Assembly (NCBI RefSeq): GCF_001194135.2
Contig: NC_068982.1
Span: forward strand, 157,458,400-157,493,535
DNA length: 35,136 nucleotides
Source of the DNA: Octopus bimaculoides
Lineage: Eukaryota
Direction of reading: 5' to 3'
Of the stretch, positions 20,863 to 34,172 are shown piece after piece. Position 1 is the stretch's first letter. The number at the start of each line of letters is the position of its first letter. Both the position numbers and the translations under genes were made by a program. A model generated the notes under the pieces. The model did no database searches. It had not been told where the DNA came from and was given only the letters and a program-made list of their open reading frames with translations.

Positions 20863-22641
20863 NNNNNNNNNNNNNNNNNNNNNNNNNNNNNNNNNNNNNN
20901 NNNNNNNNNNNNNNNNNNNNNNNNNNNNNNNNNNNNNNNNNNNNNNNNNNNNNNNNNNNNNNNNNNNNNNNNNNNNNNNNNNNNNNNNNNNNNNNNNNNN
21001 NNNNNNNNNNNNNNNNNNNNNNNNNNNNNNNNNNNNNNNNNNNNNNNNNNNNNNNNNNNNNNNNNNNNNNNNNNNNNNNNNNNNNNNNNNNNNNNNNNNN
21101 NNNNNNNNNNNNNNNNNNNNNNNNNNNNNNNNNNNNNNNNNNNNNNNNNNNNNNNNNNNNNNNNNNNNNNNNNNNNNNNNNNNNNNNNNNNNNNNNNNNN
21201 NNNNNNNNNNNNNNNNNNNNNNNNNNNNNNNNNNNNNNNNNNNNCAATATATGCACAAAAGTAAACACACATACGAGTACACGCGCATAAATAAACTCGA
21301 AACATTTTTCGTTTCAACGATGAAGTTTCAGGTGTTTGATAAATTTAAAAGTTCGACTCTCTCAATTAATTTTAGATGGTTGAATGTAGAGCCAGACATA
21401 TGTAACTTTACTCAATTCTCAAGATGAATCCACCAGGCGCATTACGTGACACCGGGATTTGTAACTTATACGTACAACATATCCGAACTTAAGCAAATAT
21501 TGAATACTTTAACTTAACTATGAGCTGGAGCCCAAATAAACACATTGAGCTAAGATATGCCAAAATGATTTCGAACGCGAAACCACGTGAATTGTTAAGT
21601 GCAATTCATAACCTCTCAGTTATAACTGCATGTGTGCCGAAGTTGTGTGCATGCTTCTCTATGCGGACAGATATAAACATTTCTTTATACATACATACAT
21701 ACATACATACATACATACATACATACGCACACGCACATACACAAACCACTGTACACACGCACGCACTCACACAAATATATATTTGTATATATGTATATGA
21801 CTATGTATATTTGTCTATACAAATGTTTATATATAATTACACATACACACACCTACACACACACACACATATAGATATAAATATATAGTTATACACACAC
21901 ACGTATGTATATATATATATATATATGTTCATAAATAAAATACCTCCATTCATGCATTTATATATATACATATATGTATACATACATATATAGTTACATA
22001 CATACNNNNNNNNNNNNNNNNNNNNNNNNNNNNNNNNNNNNNNNNNNNNNNNNNNNNNNNNNNNNNNNNNNNNNNNNNNNNNNNNNNNNNNNNNNNNNNN
22101 NNNNNNNNNNNNNNNNNNNNNNNNNNNNNNNNNNNNNNNNNNNNNNNNNNNNNNNNNNNNNNNNNNNNNNNNNNNNNNNNNNNNNNNNNNNNNNNNNNNN
22201 NNNNNNNNTATATATATATATATGTTCATAAATAAAATACCTCCATTCATGCATTTATATATATACATATAATCAATAGACATATTTGTCTTTTAAAAGT
22301 AGGAATGCAGCAACTGTCCTATTTCATTAACATATCCTATCATATTGTTAAGCCTGAAATCATCACTTTTGGTGGGGAAACTCTAGTTATCCTATTATTT
22401 CCTCTAATTACAATAAATAATTTCCGACAGCCCATTAACTGTAGATTATTCAAGAAAACTACTTCATAATGCATACGCACATTACTCAGTATGCAAATGT
22501 ATGCAAATGCACATAAACACACGCATATATGTTCAAATGCATTGAAATTATGCTAATAATATTTAAAAAATTTGTACCGTATTGTTTAGCACATGGCTAC
22601 ATCCAATCATATCTCTCACTTTCTTTTCAAAATATATGTAT

Positions 22642-22677
<36 letters not shown>

Positions 22678-23074
22678 GTTTGCATGTATTACATATACAT
22701 AGAGGTATTTACATTACAAAAATACGCTTAGAGATAAACTTAACTAAATACTTACCACTGTACCTGTACATTTGTATACATCGTATAACCATTATTGTAA
22801 ATGAAATGTCATGTTTATATAAGTTACATATGTAGTAATTTGCAAGAATAATAAAATATATATTTGGATTTTACTTTGAGCATCGAAATTCTGTTTTATA
22901 CATATATTCTATTGTCTCTATTGTTATTATACGTACAACAATTTCGTAATTTTATGTTTCTCGTCTGAGCAGATACATGCAGACTAATATAGATTTATAT
23001 TTGACTCACGGGATTAGAAAGGAAATAATGACGAAACACATGAAGATATAAACGTTTAAATGTTTTTACGTTAT

Positions 23075-23405
23075 ATACGTATGTATGTATGTATGTATTA
23101 TGTTTGTATGTATGTATGTGTGTATGTGTGTATGTGTGTATGTATGTATGCATGTATGTATGTGTGTATGTATGTATGTATAGAAATACTAATACCAATA
23201 TTTGTATATTGTATAATATTTAAATCGTTGTCTGTCTCCTTACATGTAATTATATGTTTTATAAGTTGTATTTTAAACACTACATGTCTATGAAAATATT
23301 TTCTCTGAGACGAAATCAATTGCATCATTGTTTTCAATCAATGGCTTATATACTTTAGATATGGTACACTATAAATACATATGAATGTGAGTGTATATAT
23401 ACATA

Positions 23406-23476
<71 letters not shown>

Positions 23477-23710
23477 CTATATACATACGTACATGCATAG
23501 ATGCATTATTCATACATACATAAATACTTAATATTTATAAATTTTAAAGATGCTTTCCTTCATAACCCTGTTATCAGTGAGGTGGACGGTCTAAATTTAC
23601 TCTAAATTAAGAAGAGAAAGAGAACATACATACATGAACAGATACATACATACATACATACATACATACATACACACATACATACTTACATACATACATA
23701 CTGTTATGTC
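23075..23710. repeat. (TATG)n,(CA)n,(TACA)n microsatellites
   Basis: Direct reading. Confidence 0.9.
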
Positions 23711-25704
23711 TCAAGCTACTGCTATCTAGCACCTTCGGATTATCTCTACTCGACTGCTACCCGAGAGCTACTCAACATGTACTCTACCACGGCTAGGCTA
23801 CCTCTATTTATATGTCTTGGACGATCCTACTTTTTCGCTTGGGGGCGTCGACACAACACATATATACATTCGTACATACAAACATGCATGCGTACATACA
23901 TATTGTTCTATGGAACAGGTAACGAATGTCATATACTGTAGAGGTCAGCTGCCCAGCAGATGTGAATGTACAGTTATAAGTCCAAGTAAAAGAAAACATT
24001 TATGGCAAATTAATGTGGAACTTACAGCTTTTGTACACTGACTTTGAATTCTCATTTGCACGTATCATCATAGGTGCATTAGGTTCTGTACAAACAAATT
24101 TGTAGAAAAGACTGGAAATGCTCAGTTTCAAAGAAAAAATGCGAAAGATATTGACTAAGATTTTCCAAATCCAATCTACTTGTGGCACAGCAAAGATTTG
24201 TAAGACATTCCAAAATTTCTCCATTTGAGATTCTTATGTGAGTAAATGCACACTCTTAGATGTATGCATCGACAGTTCAACCGACAGTTCACCAACTCAA
24301 CCACATATTCGCAAACACCGGGAATTCTCTAATCTTAAAAGACTTGTCGCTTTGTCAGCGACCAGCTTGAATTCTCTCAAGAACTTCAATTAAACTGAAA
24401 AAAAAAATAATAAATCACATGTGTACGTGGGTTGGTACAAATCGTATTTTTGCAAACCCAGTTTGTAAAATAGTCATACTAACTCCTGTAAAACACAATT
24501 TATCCTTATGCTGTTGAATTCACAGACGATCATCATTTGGTATGAATACCATTACTTAGGTTTATTTAGATACCAGCTCGTGAGAATGAATGTTTGGGCA
24601 GATGACTAGGGGTTAATATTCGAAGGGAAAATATGTCTACCAAACTTTGAGCTTCCTTTAGTCAAATGTATCCTGGCTTCAGGTTGGGGAGAGAGTTTAT
24701 CTGCTTAATTTCAGAGGTTTTTTGAATATTCGTATTATAACTGCACAAATGTTCGAAATACCAACTGAGATAATAAAGAGTGTTTATAAAAATCCAAAGG
24801 TCATCCACAGCAAAGTGTAAATACGAAGTACCATGGAATACATATTGCATTCCTTCTGAACGATTCGCATATTATCAACTAATGCAAGCCAACTCATGCC
24901 AAATTACTGCGCCAAAAGCATTCAAATTCTTTAATCTCTGCTCATCTTTATCTCCTCTCTCTCTCCCCCCTCTCTTTTTCGCCTCTCTAACTTTGGGAGC
25001 CTTTTCCTCTTAATTTTCTCTCTTCATTTCATTAAAGCAAATTTACTTAATTTCTTTCTCAATCACTCTCACTCTTTATATCACATCCTTCTCTATTTCT
25101 TGTCTATTTCTACTCACTTTTCAATTATAACAACTTACCTTATTATCTCTTCAGTATTCTCTTTTCCTTTGTGTTAGCAAATCTCTATCTCTCCCTTTAC
25201 CTCTTTATGCTATTCAATCATTCACCTTTTATTTCACTCACTCTATATTTCTATATTTTTCTTGAATCCCAGAAGCTATCTTTTTATGTCAATACAATGC
25301 TTACCTCCCTTATATTACGGAAGTTCTCTTCCCACCCACGTTTGTAAGTGACTCCTCACTCTATCACTAATGCTCAGTTTTCTCATTATTATCACCCGCT
25401 CTCATGTAGTTTCTACGAATATCTCGGGCCATTCATTGAAGTTTACAGAAAATTGGTTGCAATGTTAATCTCTGTAGATTTGCTGCCGGGTATAAATGAC
25501 ATAAGCTATTAGTGTGTACATACAAGTGGTGTGAAATGAAGCAAGTAGTCTTCCGGTCGGTGTAAATGCAATGAAAGCTGGTCTGATGATAAATAAACAT
25601 GCTGAAGTATACGTATATGTTTGAAAAGCTTAAATGCTTAGTTAATCAGAATCTGTTATGATTTCGACAAATACACACAAATACAAGTATAGACCGACAC
25701 TCGC

Positions 25705-25726
25705 AGGTACACACACACACGCACAC

Positions 25727-25802
<76 letters not shown>

Positions 25803-25930
25803 GCTTACACACTTTTACAAACATATATATATACATATATACACACATATATACACAAAAATATATATATACATATACATACATATATATGTGTGTGTGT
25901 GTTTGTGCGTGTATATATGTATGTATATAT
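25705..25930. repeat. (CA)n/(TA)n/(TG)n compound microsatellite
   Basis: Direct reading. Confidence 0.9.
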
Positions 25931-26312
25931 AACGTTTATCGCCACTTAAACATGGCTCCATAGGAACAGACGTTACTGCTATTTTTAACCCCAAGAGGAC
26001 GCCTCCTCCAGGTGGTTATTCAATGCAATCTGCACACGATATATTTTGTGAAGCAGAGGAGTGAACCTCTACTATTTCCAGCCACGAGATCACCACACCA
26101 TACGGTTTCGACCTTTTTTGTGGTAGAAACACGTCCACTAGCGACGGCAGTAGTACACCCAATCTCGCACTCTACAGAAAAATGCTTAAGTGGCTATAAA
26201 CTTACTTCTCAGTATTGTTACTGCTTTCATCTCTTACGGAGATTTTCTCAATTAGCTAATTTGTTTATATATAATATACAACCGCATTGATGGAATATCT
26301 GCACTTATATTC

Positions 26313-26313
<1 letters not shown>

Positions 26314-26365
<52 letters not shown>
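26314..26365. repeat. (ATT)n microsatellite
   Basis: Direct reading. Confidence 0.95.
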
Positions 26366-26367
<2 letters not shown>

Positions 26368-27147
26368 CCCAGTATTCATGTACTACTTGTATTCATGTTG
26401 TAAGGTTTCTGCCGAGTTTTTAACCATCTCGCAAAAATTCCCTAGTTTACGACCACGATTTCGTATATTGTCATTGAAGGTAAAATCTTGTTACGAAAAA
26501 TTAACTGTGTCGCCCATAGAAGGTATTAAAGTCTACGTGAACATGGGTCCCATTATTCAGATCGAATGGTGCGCAACCGGATACGCGGTATGCTTGTAAG
26601 TGAGTTTTCATAAATTTTTCGCCCAATACTTCTGCCGATGGTTCTAGGTGCTTTACTACAAGTTATACAAAGTTATTGGGTTCTTGAACTCTCAAACAAA
26701 CGTCAGATGCTATAAAGAACACTGCCGGTTAGTTTTGCGATAAAGTGTTCTCTCTTTTCCTACGTATTCTAACAATAACAATCATAAATTGCTTTTAATT
26801 ACTACCGTCTCATTTAAGATGTTTTAGACAAGTAATTTTTGTACGTAAACATATGGAAACTTATATAAATATTAGTGTGATCCTTCTCGCCTTCTCTTGC
26901 AACATACCTGATACTGTGTATCACTAGCGACGAATTGATGACTACGCCCAATAAAATGCAATAATCTTAACTTCTATTTTAATCTAATTCATACGTAAGT
27001 TATATTATGACAGATCTCAGGCAACCAACTCAAGTTATTCCAGTTTAAATATGCTGGATTTTTATACACCCATGAATGCGCGCACGCACACACACATAGT
27101 GTGAGCCAGATGTCACGCACCAAAACATTTCACACTATTTATATTAC

Positions 27148-27175
27148 GTTGTTGTTGTTGTTATTATTATTATTA

Positions 27176-27207
<32 letters not shown>
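27148..27207. repeat. (GTT)n(ATT)n microsatellite abutting a SINE 5' end
   Basis: Direct reading. Confidence 0.95.
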
Positions 27208-27209
<2 letters not shown>

Positions 27210-27442
27210 GGCGGCGAGCTGGCAGAATTGTTAGCACACCGTGTGAAATACTTAGCGGTATTTCGTCTGTCTTCGTATTCTGAGTTCAGATATCGCCGGG
27301 TTCGATTTTGTTTTTCATTCTTTCGGGGTCGATAAATTAAGAACCAGTTCCGCATTGGTGTCGATGTAATCGACTAAATCCCTTGTCCCAAATGTGAAGC
27401 CCTGTGCATCCAGTAGAAAGGATTAGTATTATTATCATTATT
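27208..27442 (+). mobile_element. tRNA-derived SINE family B, copy 1 of tandem pair
   Basis: AAGGCGGCGAGCTGGCAGAATTGTTAGC (A-box-like), CTGAGTTCAGAT (B-box-like), GGGGTCGATAAA...GTCGATGTAATCGACTAAA, and an ATT-rich end. Confidence 0.85.
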
Positions 27443-27453
27443 GCACATTTTTT

Positions 27454-27666
27454 GGCGAGCTGACGGAATCGTTAGCACGCCGGGCAAAATGCTTAACAGC
27501 ATTTCGTCCGTCTTTACGTTCTGAGTAGAAATTTCACCGTGGTCGACTTTGCCTTTCATCTTTTCGGGTTCGATAAATAGCAGTTTAACACTTTAGTCGA
27601 TGTAATCGACTTCTCCCCTCCCCAAAAATTTCAGGCCTAGCATTTTAGTAAAAATGATTATTATTC
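27454..27666 (+). mobile_element. tRNA-derived SINE family B, copy 2 of tandem pair
   Basis: Collinear with 27211-27442: GGCGAGCTGACGGAATCGTTAGCACGCCGGGCAAAATGCTT...GTCGATGTAATCGACT...GATTATTATT. Confidence 0.85.
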
Positions 27667-27818
27667 ATTTTTTTTTCCATCATGTACTGGTGTGTATATA
27701 TTTATCATTATTTTATCTATTCTATTCAATTTTAAATAAATCGAAGTATGTCTGACAATTCCGGAGCGTATTAAACTTATTTTGTGCGTGACATTTGGCC
27801 CACTCTATGTGTGTGTAT

Positions 27819-27862
<44 letters not shown>

Positions 27863-27963
27863 ACTCACATCTCGTGAGTTTGTGAAATACTTCACTAGTA
27901 TAATAAAATGTTTTATTAGCCCCTTTTTCGAGGTTTGTTAAATCTACTTCAGTATTTGACTAC

Positions 27964-28095
27964 AAGGTGGCAAATTTACACAGCCGTTAGAGTGTTGGCC
28001 AGAATGACACGGCGGTAGGTTTCCAACTTTCTACACTCTGAGTTCAATCTCGCCGAAGTTAGTTTTTATGTTTCATATTTTTGGGATGAATAATA
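27964..28095 (+). mobile_element. Decayed SINE family B 5' portion
   Basis: AAGGTGGC...CGTTAG...CTCTGAGTTCAATCTCGCCGAAG...TTTCAT. Confidence 0.5.
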
Positions 28096-28099
28096 CATT

Positions 28100-28460
28100 G
28101 CCTATCCAGAGCAGTGGAATACCAAACCTGTTAAAGTGTTGGGCGAGATGTCTGATACTCTCTGTCCCACTTATTTGCGTTCTTTCAGCAACATCTTCGA
28201 TGACAGTGGAGTCAAGCTATATTCGCCTAAGTTTGAGGGTAGACTTGCGTACATGGGCAATGCTCATTTTCTTCAATTACCTTCCTAGGCCAGTGCATGA
28301 ACGTACAGTTCTTTGGGTAACCCTGATTGACACAGTCCTTATATATCAGGTTTGCTTTGAAGGAGTATCATTTCTACCTCAGGGCTTTACCATATCGAAC
28401 TTTGAAGTTGGAAAAGCATTTTTAACATCAATGTGATTTGAACGCAAAATGACACATGTC
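28100..28460 (-). pseudogene. Possible decayed IS630-Tc1-mariner transposase N-terminal fragment
   Basis: One minus-strand frame with stops: ...NAFPTSKF...PSKQT*YIRTV...LDSTVIEDVAERTQISGTESIRHLAQHFN, loosely like ITm paired-HTH regions. No TIR identified. Confidence 0.25.
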
Positions 28461-28879
28461 GTGACAAAATATCTGAAGCAGGTTCATCTAAGATACATTA
28501 CAGGTCCCCAGTCAAAGCAAAGCAGTGGGGTCCTAAATACACAACGAGAATACACATAGATTAGCACTGTGGGGCCCCTGTACTTGTAGATTCCTCGCGA
28601 CGTACGGCAACACTGACCTCAGTCATGTTTATATCATACGTTGCAATGCTATTGCGATTCTAACACTCTTTGTAAATACACTCACCAATGCGCCATGGAA
28701 ACCTCAAAGTGCGTTCTACAACACAATATAGAGTTATCTATAAATAATGTCTTTCTTAATGTCTTGCTCTTGCACTATGTAGACACAAACACATTGACTT
28801 ACGTTTTATTCTACTTTTTGCTCTTTATTGGTTTTCATCCTTTTCCATTTTCTTTTGTCATACGTCAATTGTACTATTT

Positions 28880-28988
28880 TTCATATTTGTATCTCTGTAT
28901 GTCTGTGTATATGTGTATATATAAATATATGTTTGTTTTGAGGGATGTGTCTATGAATGTACATACATATATATGTATATATATATAC

Positions 28989-29044
<56 letters not shown>

Positions 29045-29225
29045 ATATATATATGTGTGTATGTATAAAAACACACACGTATACACACACGCCCACACAC
29101 ACATACACGCATACACATATATGCGCAGCCAGACATATCTATATGTGTCTCGAAACATATATGCACTTGTCAATATATGTGTATGTATATGTGAGTGAAT
29201 ATGTTTATGGATATGTATGAATGCA
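28880..29225. repeat. (TA)/(TG)/(CA) compound microsatellite
   Basis: Direct reading. Confidence 0.9.
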
Positions 29226-29704
29226 TATAATTTTGTTCTTTGTCCAATAGTTTCTCATCAGTTTTTTCTATAACATACGTGCATTGGTTTTAATAACTGT
29301 TGTTTTGCAACGTACGAAGTCGGAAATAGCCGAATGATGTTTGAACACGAAGTGCCTCTGTTGTGTTCTGTATCAAAATCATTTGAGAGGACAATATGCA
29401 AAGAACAAAAGATACATGAAAAGGAAGATATTGCCGAGCGAAGGAAGAATAACGAAAGCATTCAGTTATGAGAGGGAGATATAGGGAGTAAGGAAGAGAT
29501 ATATGGCAAAAGATAAAGATATAGAACACAAATAAAAAGGAAACGTATCAATTGAAGAAAATAGTATTCTTTCAAAAGAAACCTCCTTATTATTATTTGA
29601 AGTATTGTCAATTCATACTGTTGGCATGCTGTATGATGGAGGGTAGATATATTGAGCAAAAGAAAGAAAAAAGTTTCATAAAAAGCAAGAGAAGCAAAGC
29701 CTAG

Positions 29705-29850
29705 AGTGAAGGAGGAAGAGAGAGAGAAGAGAGAAGAGAGAGAAGAGAGAGAAGAAAGAAAGAGAGAGAGAGAGAGAGAGAGTGAGAGAGAGAGAGAATG
29801 TGTGTGAGAAAGACAGAGGAGAGAGAGGAAGAGTTCGAAAACGAGAAGAG
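29705..29850. repeat. GA-rich polypurine tract
   Basis: Direct reading. Confidence 0.9.
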
Positions 29851-29936
29851 AAAGGTATAATGCAAAAGAGTTGGACAATAAAGAGAGAGAAAAACGGAGT
29901 ATACACGTGCATATGCACATAAACTCGCACACACGA

Positions 29937-29976
<40 letters not shown>

Positions 29977-30293
29977 ACAAACATACATNNNNNNNNNNNN
30001 NNNNNNNNNNNNNNNNNNNNNNNNNNNNNNNNNNNNNNNNNNNNNNNNNNNNNNNNNNNNNNNNNNNNNNNNNNNNNNNNNNNNNNNNNNNNNNNNNNNN
30101 NNNNNNNNNNNNNNNNNNNNNNNNNNNNNNNNNNNNNNNNNNNNNNNNNNNNNNNNNNNNNATTCACATATATGAATGTATGTGTGTGTCTATATATATG
30201 TATATATATATGCATATATATACATATATATATATGTGTATCTATACATACATACTTAAATACATACATGTATGCATGCGTGCATTCATACAT

Positions 30294-30324
<31 letters not shown>

Positions 30325-31794
30325 CATATTGCACACGTATATAGAGATCGACATTTTATTGCTTGCTAGTTCGATAGATAGACAGTCAAATGTGGAGAGA
30401 GGGGGAGAATGAGAGAATGATGATTGCTAGAAAGCTATAAGGGGTGACTGAAATCTATAGCTTCCCGATATAACTTCTCTTCTGATTTTTAATAATATTC
30501 TAATAATGGTTGTGTGTCGTCTCCGACCAATTACACTATCTCCTCTTTAATCTTGCCTTAGAAATTTCGAATAAATGGAAACAAAAGCAGCAATATTAAT
30601 AACAGAAACAACAACCAGTTCTAAACGGTAATGAAAGGAAAAGATAAGGAAGCAAAGAATAACTGAAGAAAAAAAAAAAGGACATTCAAAGAGAACGCAA
30701 AACAAAAAAAAAAANNNNNNNNNNAAAAAAAAAAAAAAAAAATATGAAGAAAATAGAAGTAAAAAAAAATGCAAACAGAATTTAATGGAAAAGTTACAGT
30801 GAAAAAGAAAACAAGTGTATACACACGCACACACACACATGTATACACGCACATATACATGCACAATGAACAGATTTTTAAGTTGTAAATTCAGTTATGA
30901 CTTTGAGAGAAACAAGCAATGAAAAAATATATTAGAAAAATAAGGGAAAAAGAAATACGACAGCAAAAAGATGGAGAAAAAAATGTTAGAAACATAGGAA
31001 AACAGTAATAATTTAAATGAAATTTATACATGTGTGTGTCTCTGTGTGCGTATATGCTTATGTATGTAAGTATATGTGTGTGTGTGAGTNNNNNNNNNNN
31101 NNNNNNNNNNNNNNNNNNNNNNNNNNNNNNNNNNNNNNNNNNNNNNNNNNNNNNNNNNNNNNNNNNNNNNNNNNNNNNNNNNNNNNNNNNNNNNNNNNNN
31201 NNNNNNNNNNNNNNNNNNNNNNNNNNNNNNNNNNNNNNNNNNNNNNNNNNNNNNNNNNNNNNNNNNNNNNNNNNNNNNNNNNNNNNNNNNNNNNNNNNNN
31301 NAAAGAACCAAAGAATAATTGAAAGAAAAAAATGTAAGTCATAACAGATAAAACAGCAACAACGAAATGGTTAAGAAAAAAAAAATAAGATGAAAAAATA
31401 ATTATTATAAAATAATTACGAAAAATATAAATTAGTCTTTGTACCGTTTATATATAAAGATATGCAGACAAATACCTGCGTAAGGTATCATTTAAAAAAT
31501 AAAAAAAGAAAAAAAGAAAGAAAGTAAAGGGAAAGAAAAGGAGAAAGAGAGAGAAATAATCTTTATTGTTTCTTAACTTTCCATTTTTCTCTTGTTTTTC
31601 TCTTTTTTTTTTGCTTTTTTTTTCACATTGTTCTTCCCTTTAATTCTGCCGTTATTTTTGTTGCTGCACCAACATTTTCCTCTCATTTTCTCATTAATAT
31701 CTGTTTAACTTTTCTTTATAGAAGAGTGATTCCCTTTCTTGTCGTCTGAGGGGGTGGTTTCAAAATTTTATATTACACACAATACATAGTTTAG

Positions 31795-31832
31795 CTTCTT
31801 CTTCTTCTTCTTCTTCTTCTTCTTCTTCTTCT
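31795..31832. repeat. (CTT)n microsatellite
   Basis: Direct reading. Confidence 0.95.
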
Positions 31833-32107
31833 ATGTCGTCGTCGCCGTCCTCGATCTCCCCACATCCCACCGCTCTCTCTTTCTCCTATCGGCTTCCTTT
31901 GCCTTGAAATTTGGATATATTTGTTTATTTATTTACTCGGTATTTTTACGAGCATTTAAGCAAATTGGCGGTAAATATGCTCAAGAAAGAACCATCCAAT
32001 TTCGTTAGTAGATGGAACAAATACATGGTAAACTAAAATGAGACAAAAGAGTCGCTGAGTGTGTATGACTATTTTGAAAAGACAAACTACAAAACAAACA
32101 ACGACGA

Positions 32108-32142
<35 letters not shown>

Positions 32143-32190
32143 TGATAATAATAATAGCAATAATAATAATAATAATGATGATGATAATAT
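32108..32190. repeat. (AAT)n microsatellite
   Basis: Direct reading. Confidence 0.95.
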
Positions 32191-32454
32191 TAAAGGAAAA
32201 TGTGAAATGATAAAACGTATAAGAAGAATTATAACATAAAGAGAAGAACAAGAAGAGGGAAAGGATGGTGGGAGGAAGAGGGGGAATATAGAAAAATCAG
32301 AGGGGGAAAAGGAGGAGGAATAGGAGAAGATGAAAGAGAAATAGAACAAACTAGAAAAAACAGAAGATTACGTAGATGAAGACGATGACAACGACGATGG
32401 TGACGATGATGATAATGCTAATGAACGGAGGAGAAGATGGAGGAGGAGAAGGTG

Positions 32455-32675
32455 GAGAAGAAGAAGAAGAAGAAGAAGAACAACAACAAGAAGAAGAAGA
32501 AGAAGACGAGGAAGAAGAAGAAGAAGACGAAGAAGAAGAAGAAGAAGAAGAAGACGAAGAAGAAGAAGAAGAAGAAGAAGAAGAAGAAGAAGAAGAAGAA
32601 GAAGAAGAAGAAGAAGAAGAAGACGAAGAAGAAGAAGAAGGAGAAGAAGAAGAAGAAGAAGAAGAAGAAGAAGAA
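32455..32675. repeat. (GAA)n microsatellite with GAC/CAA interruptions
   Basis: Direct reading; source of the poly-E, poly-K and poly-F ORFs. Confidence 0.97.
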
Positions 32676-33087
32676 CCACACCAACACAAAAACAACTACA
32701 AAAGCAACAACCGCAACAGCAGCAACAACAATACCAGCAGTAATGACAACAATAACGGCCCTAACAGCAGCCGCAACAGTCGCACGTAATAACATCACCA
32801 ACAGCAGCAGTAATAACACCAGTAATACGTAATGACAACAATAACAGCTCTCAGTAATGGAAAGAACAGCAGCAGCTGCCGCCGAAAGTAGTAAGGGCAT
32901 CGGCCGTGAGTGATGGGGAACAACAATAACAGCAGTTAGGATACACAGATCAAGGATACACAATGACAACGGCAGCCATATGTAATAACAACAGCTGCAG
33001 CAATAAGTGATAACATCGGAGTTAGGTGAGGCATGTAATGACAACTCCTCCATCACCACAAATAGTAATAACAACAGCGTAAAACTA

Positions 33088-33315
33088 TAATTCTTTTGCT
33101 CTTTTACTTGTCTCAGTCATCTGACTACAGCCATACTGGAGCACTGCCTTGAACGGTTTTAGTCGAACAAATCGACACCAGGACTTATTTCTTGAGCCTG
33201 GTACATATTCTATCGGTCTCTTTTGCCAAACCGCTACTCTACGGGGACGTAAACTCACCAACACCGGTTGTCAAGAGGTAATGGCAAGTGGAGACAAACG
33301 CAGACACAGATATAT
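33088..33315 (-). mobile_element. 5'-truncated SINE family C (full 3' tail)
   Basis: Collinear with 2218-2415: CTTTTACTTG..CAGTCAT.TGACT..AGCCAT.CTGGAGCAC...TTTAGTCGAACAAATCGAC...TCTATCGG...AACCGCTA...GTAAAC...GTCAAG...GACAAAC.CAGACAC. Confidence 0.8.
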
Positions 33316-34172
33316 AGATCGCCATGATCGGTAGTCACTAAAATTTTTTCAATTTTCTCTCCCTGTTTATTTTTGTGTTCCTTTCTGTCGAAGGCTCGTA
33401 AAAGACTTTCTCACTTCCCGAGCGTTAAATTAATACGTCTGTTTGNNNNNNNNNNNNNNNNNNNNNNNNNNNNNNNNNNNNNNNNNNNNNNNNNNNNNNN
33501 NNNNNNNNNNNNNNNNNNNNNNNNNNNNNNNNNNNNNNNNNNNNNNNNNNNNNNNNNNNNNNNNNNNNNNNNNNNNNNNNNNNNNNNNNNNNNNNNNNNN
33601 NNNNNNNNNNNNNNNNNNNNNNNNNNNNNNNNNNNNNNNNNNNNNNNNNNNNNNNNNNNNNNNNNNNNNNNNNNNNNNNNNNNNNNNNNNNNNNNNNNNN
33701 NNNNNNNNNNNNNNNNNNNNNNNNNNNNNNNNNNNNNNNNNNNNNNNNNNNNNNNNNNNNNNNNNNNNNNNNNNNNNNNNNNNNNNNNNNNNNNNNNNNN
33801 NNNNNNNNNNNNNNNNNNNNNNNNNNNNNNNNNNNNNNNNNNNNNNNNNNNNNNNNNNNNNNNNNNNNNNNNNNNNNNNNNNNNNNNNNNNNNNNNNNNN
33901 NNNNNNNNNNNNNNNNNNNNNNNNNNNNNNNNNNNNNNNNNNNNNNNNNNNNNNNNNNNNNNNNNNNNNNNNNNNNNNNNNNNNNNNNNNNNNNNNNNNN
34001 NNNNNNNNNNNNNNNNNNNNNNNNNNNNNNNNNNNNNNNNNNNNNNNNNNNNNNNNNNNNNNNNNNNNNNNNNNNNNNNNNNNNNNNNNNNNNNNNNNNN
34101 NNNNNNNNNNNNNNNNNNNNNNNNNNNNNNNNNNNNNNNNNNNNNNNNNNNNNNNNNNNNNNNNNNNNNNNN

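Noticed and set aside
24100-24242. Short open frame ending near a GTGAGT donor
   Set aside because: In-frame stop before the donor, poor pyrimidine tract and no recognisable homology.
25583-25620. CTGATGA...GAAG followed by palindrome TATACGTATA
   Set aside because: GAAG instead of GAAA, with no stem II or stem I.
26430-26760. Faint mariner C-terminal similarity on the minus strand (HTAYP, RGRKL...EMVKN)
   Set aside because: Too degenerate to support by eye; needs a translated HMM search.
26900-26945. Minus-strand donor CAG/GTATGT with a possible 34-nt exon
   Set aside because: Weak acceptor and unrecognisable peptide; such sites are expected by chance in 35 kb.
28500-28582. Short inverted repeats ACAGGTCCCCA / TGGGGCCCCTGT
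   Set aside because: Only about 11 bp, imperfect and with no clear TSD; insufficient to call a MITE.
29290-29470. Short plus-strand ORF MFEHEVPLLCSVSK...
   Set aside because: 44 codons with no domain or splice support.
32351-33074. Poly-E/poly-K/poly-S/poly-F ORFs suggesting an acidic protein
   Set aside because: Pure (GAA)n microsatellite open in several frames on both strands, with no splice or domain context.
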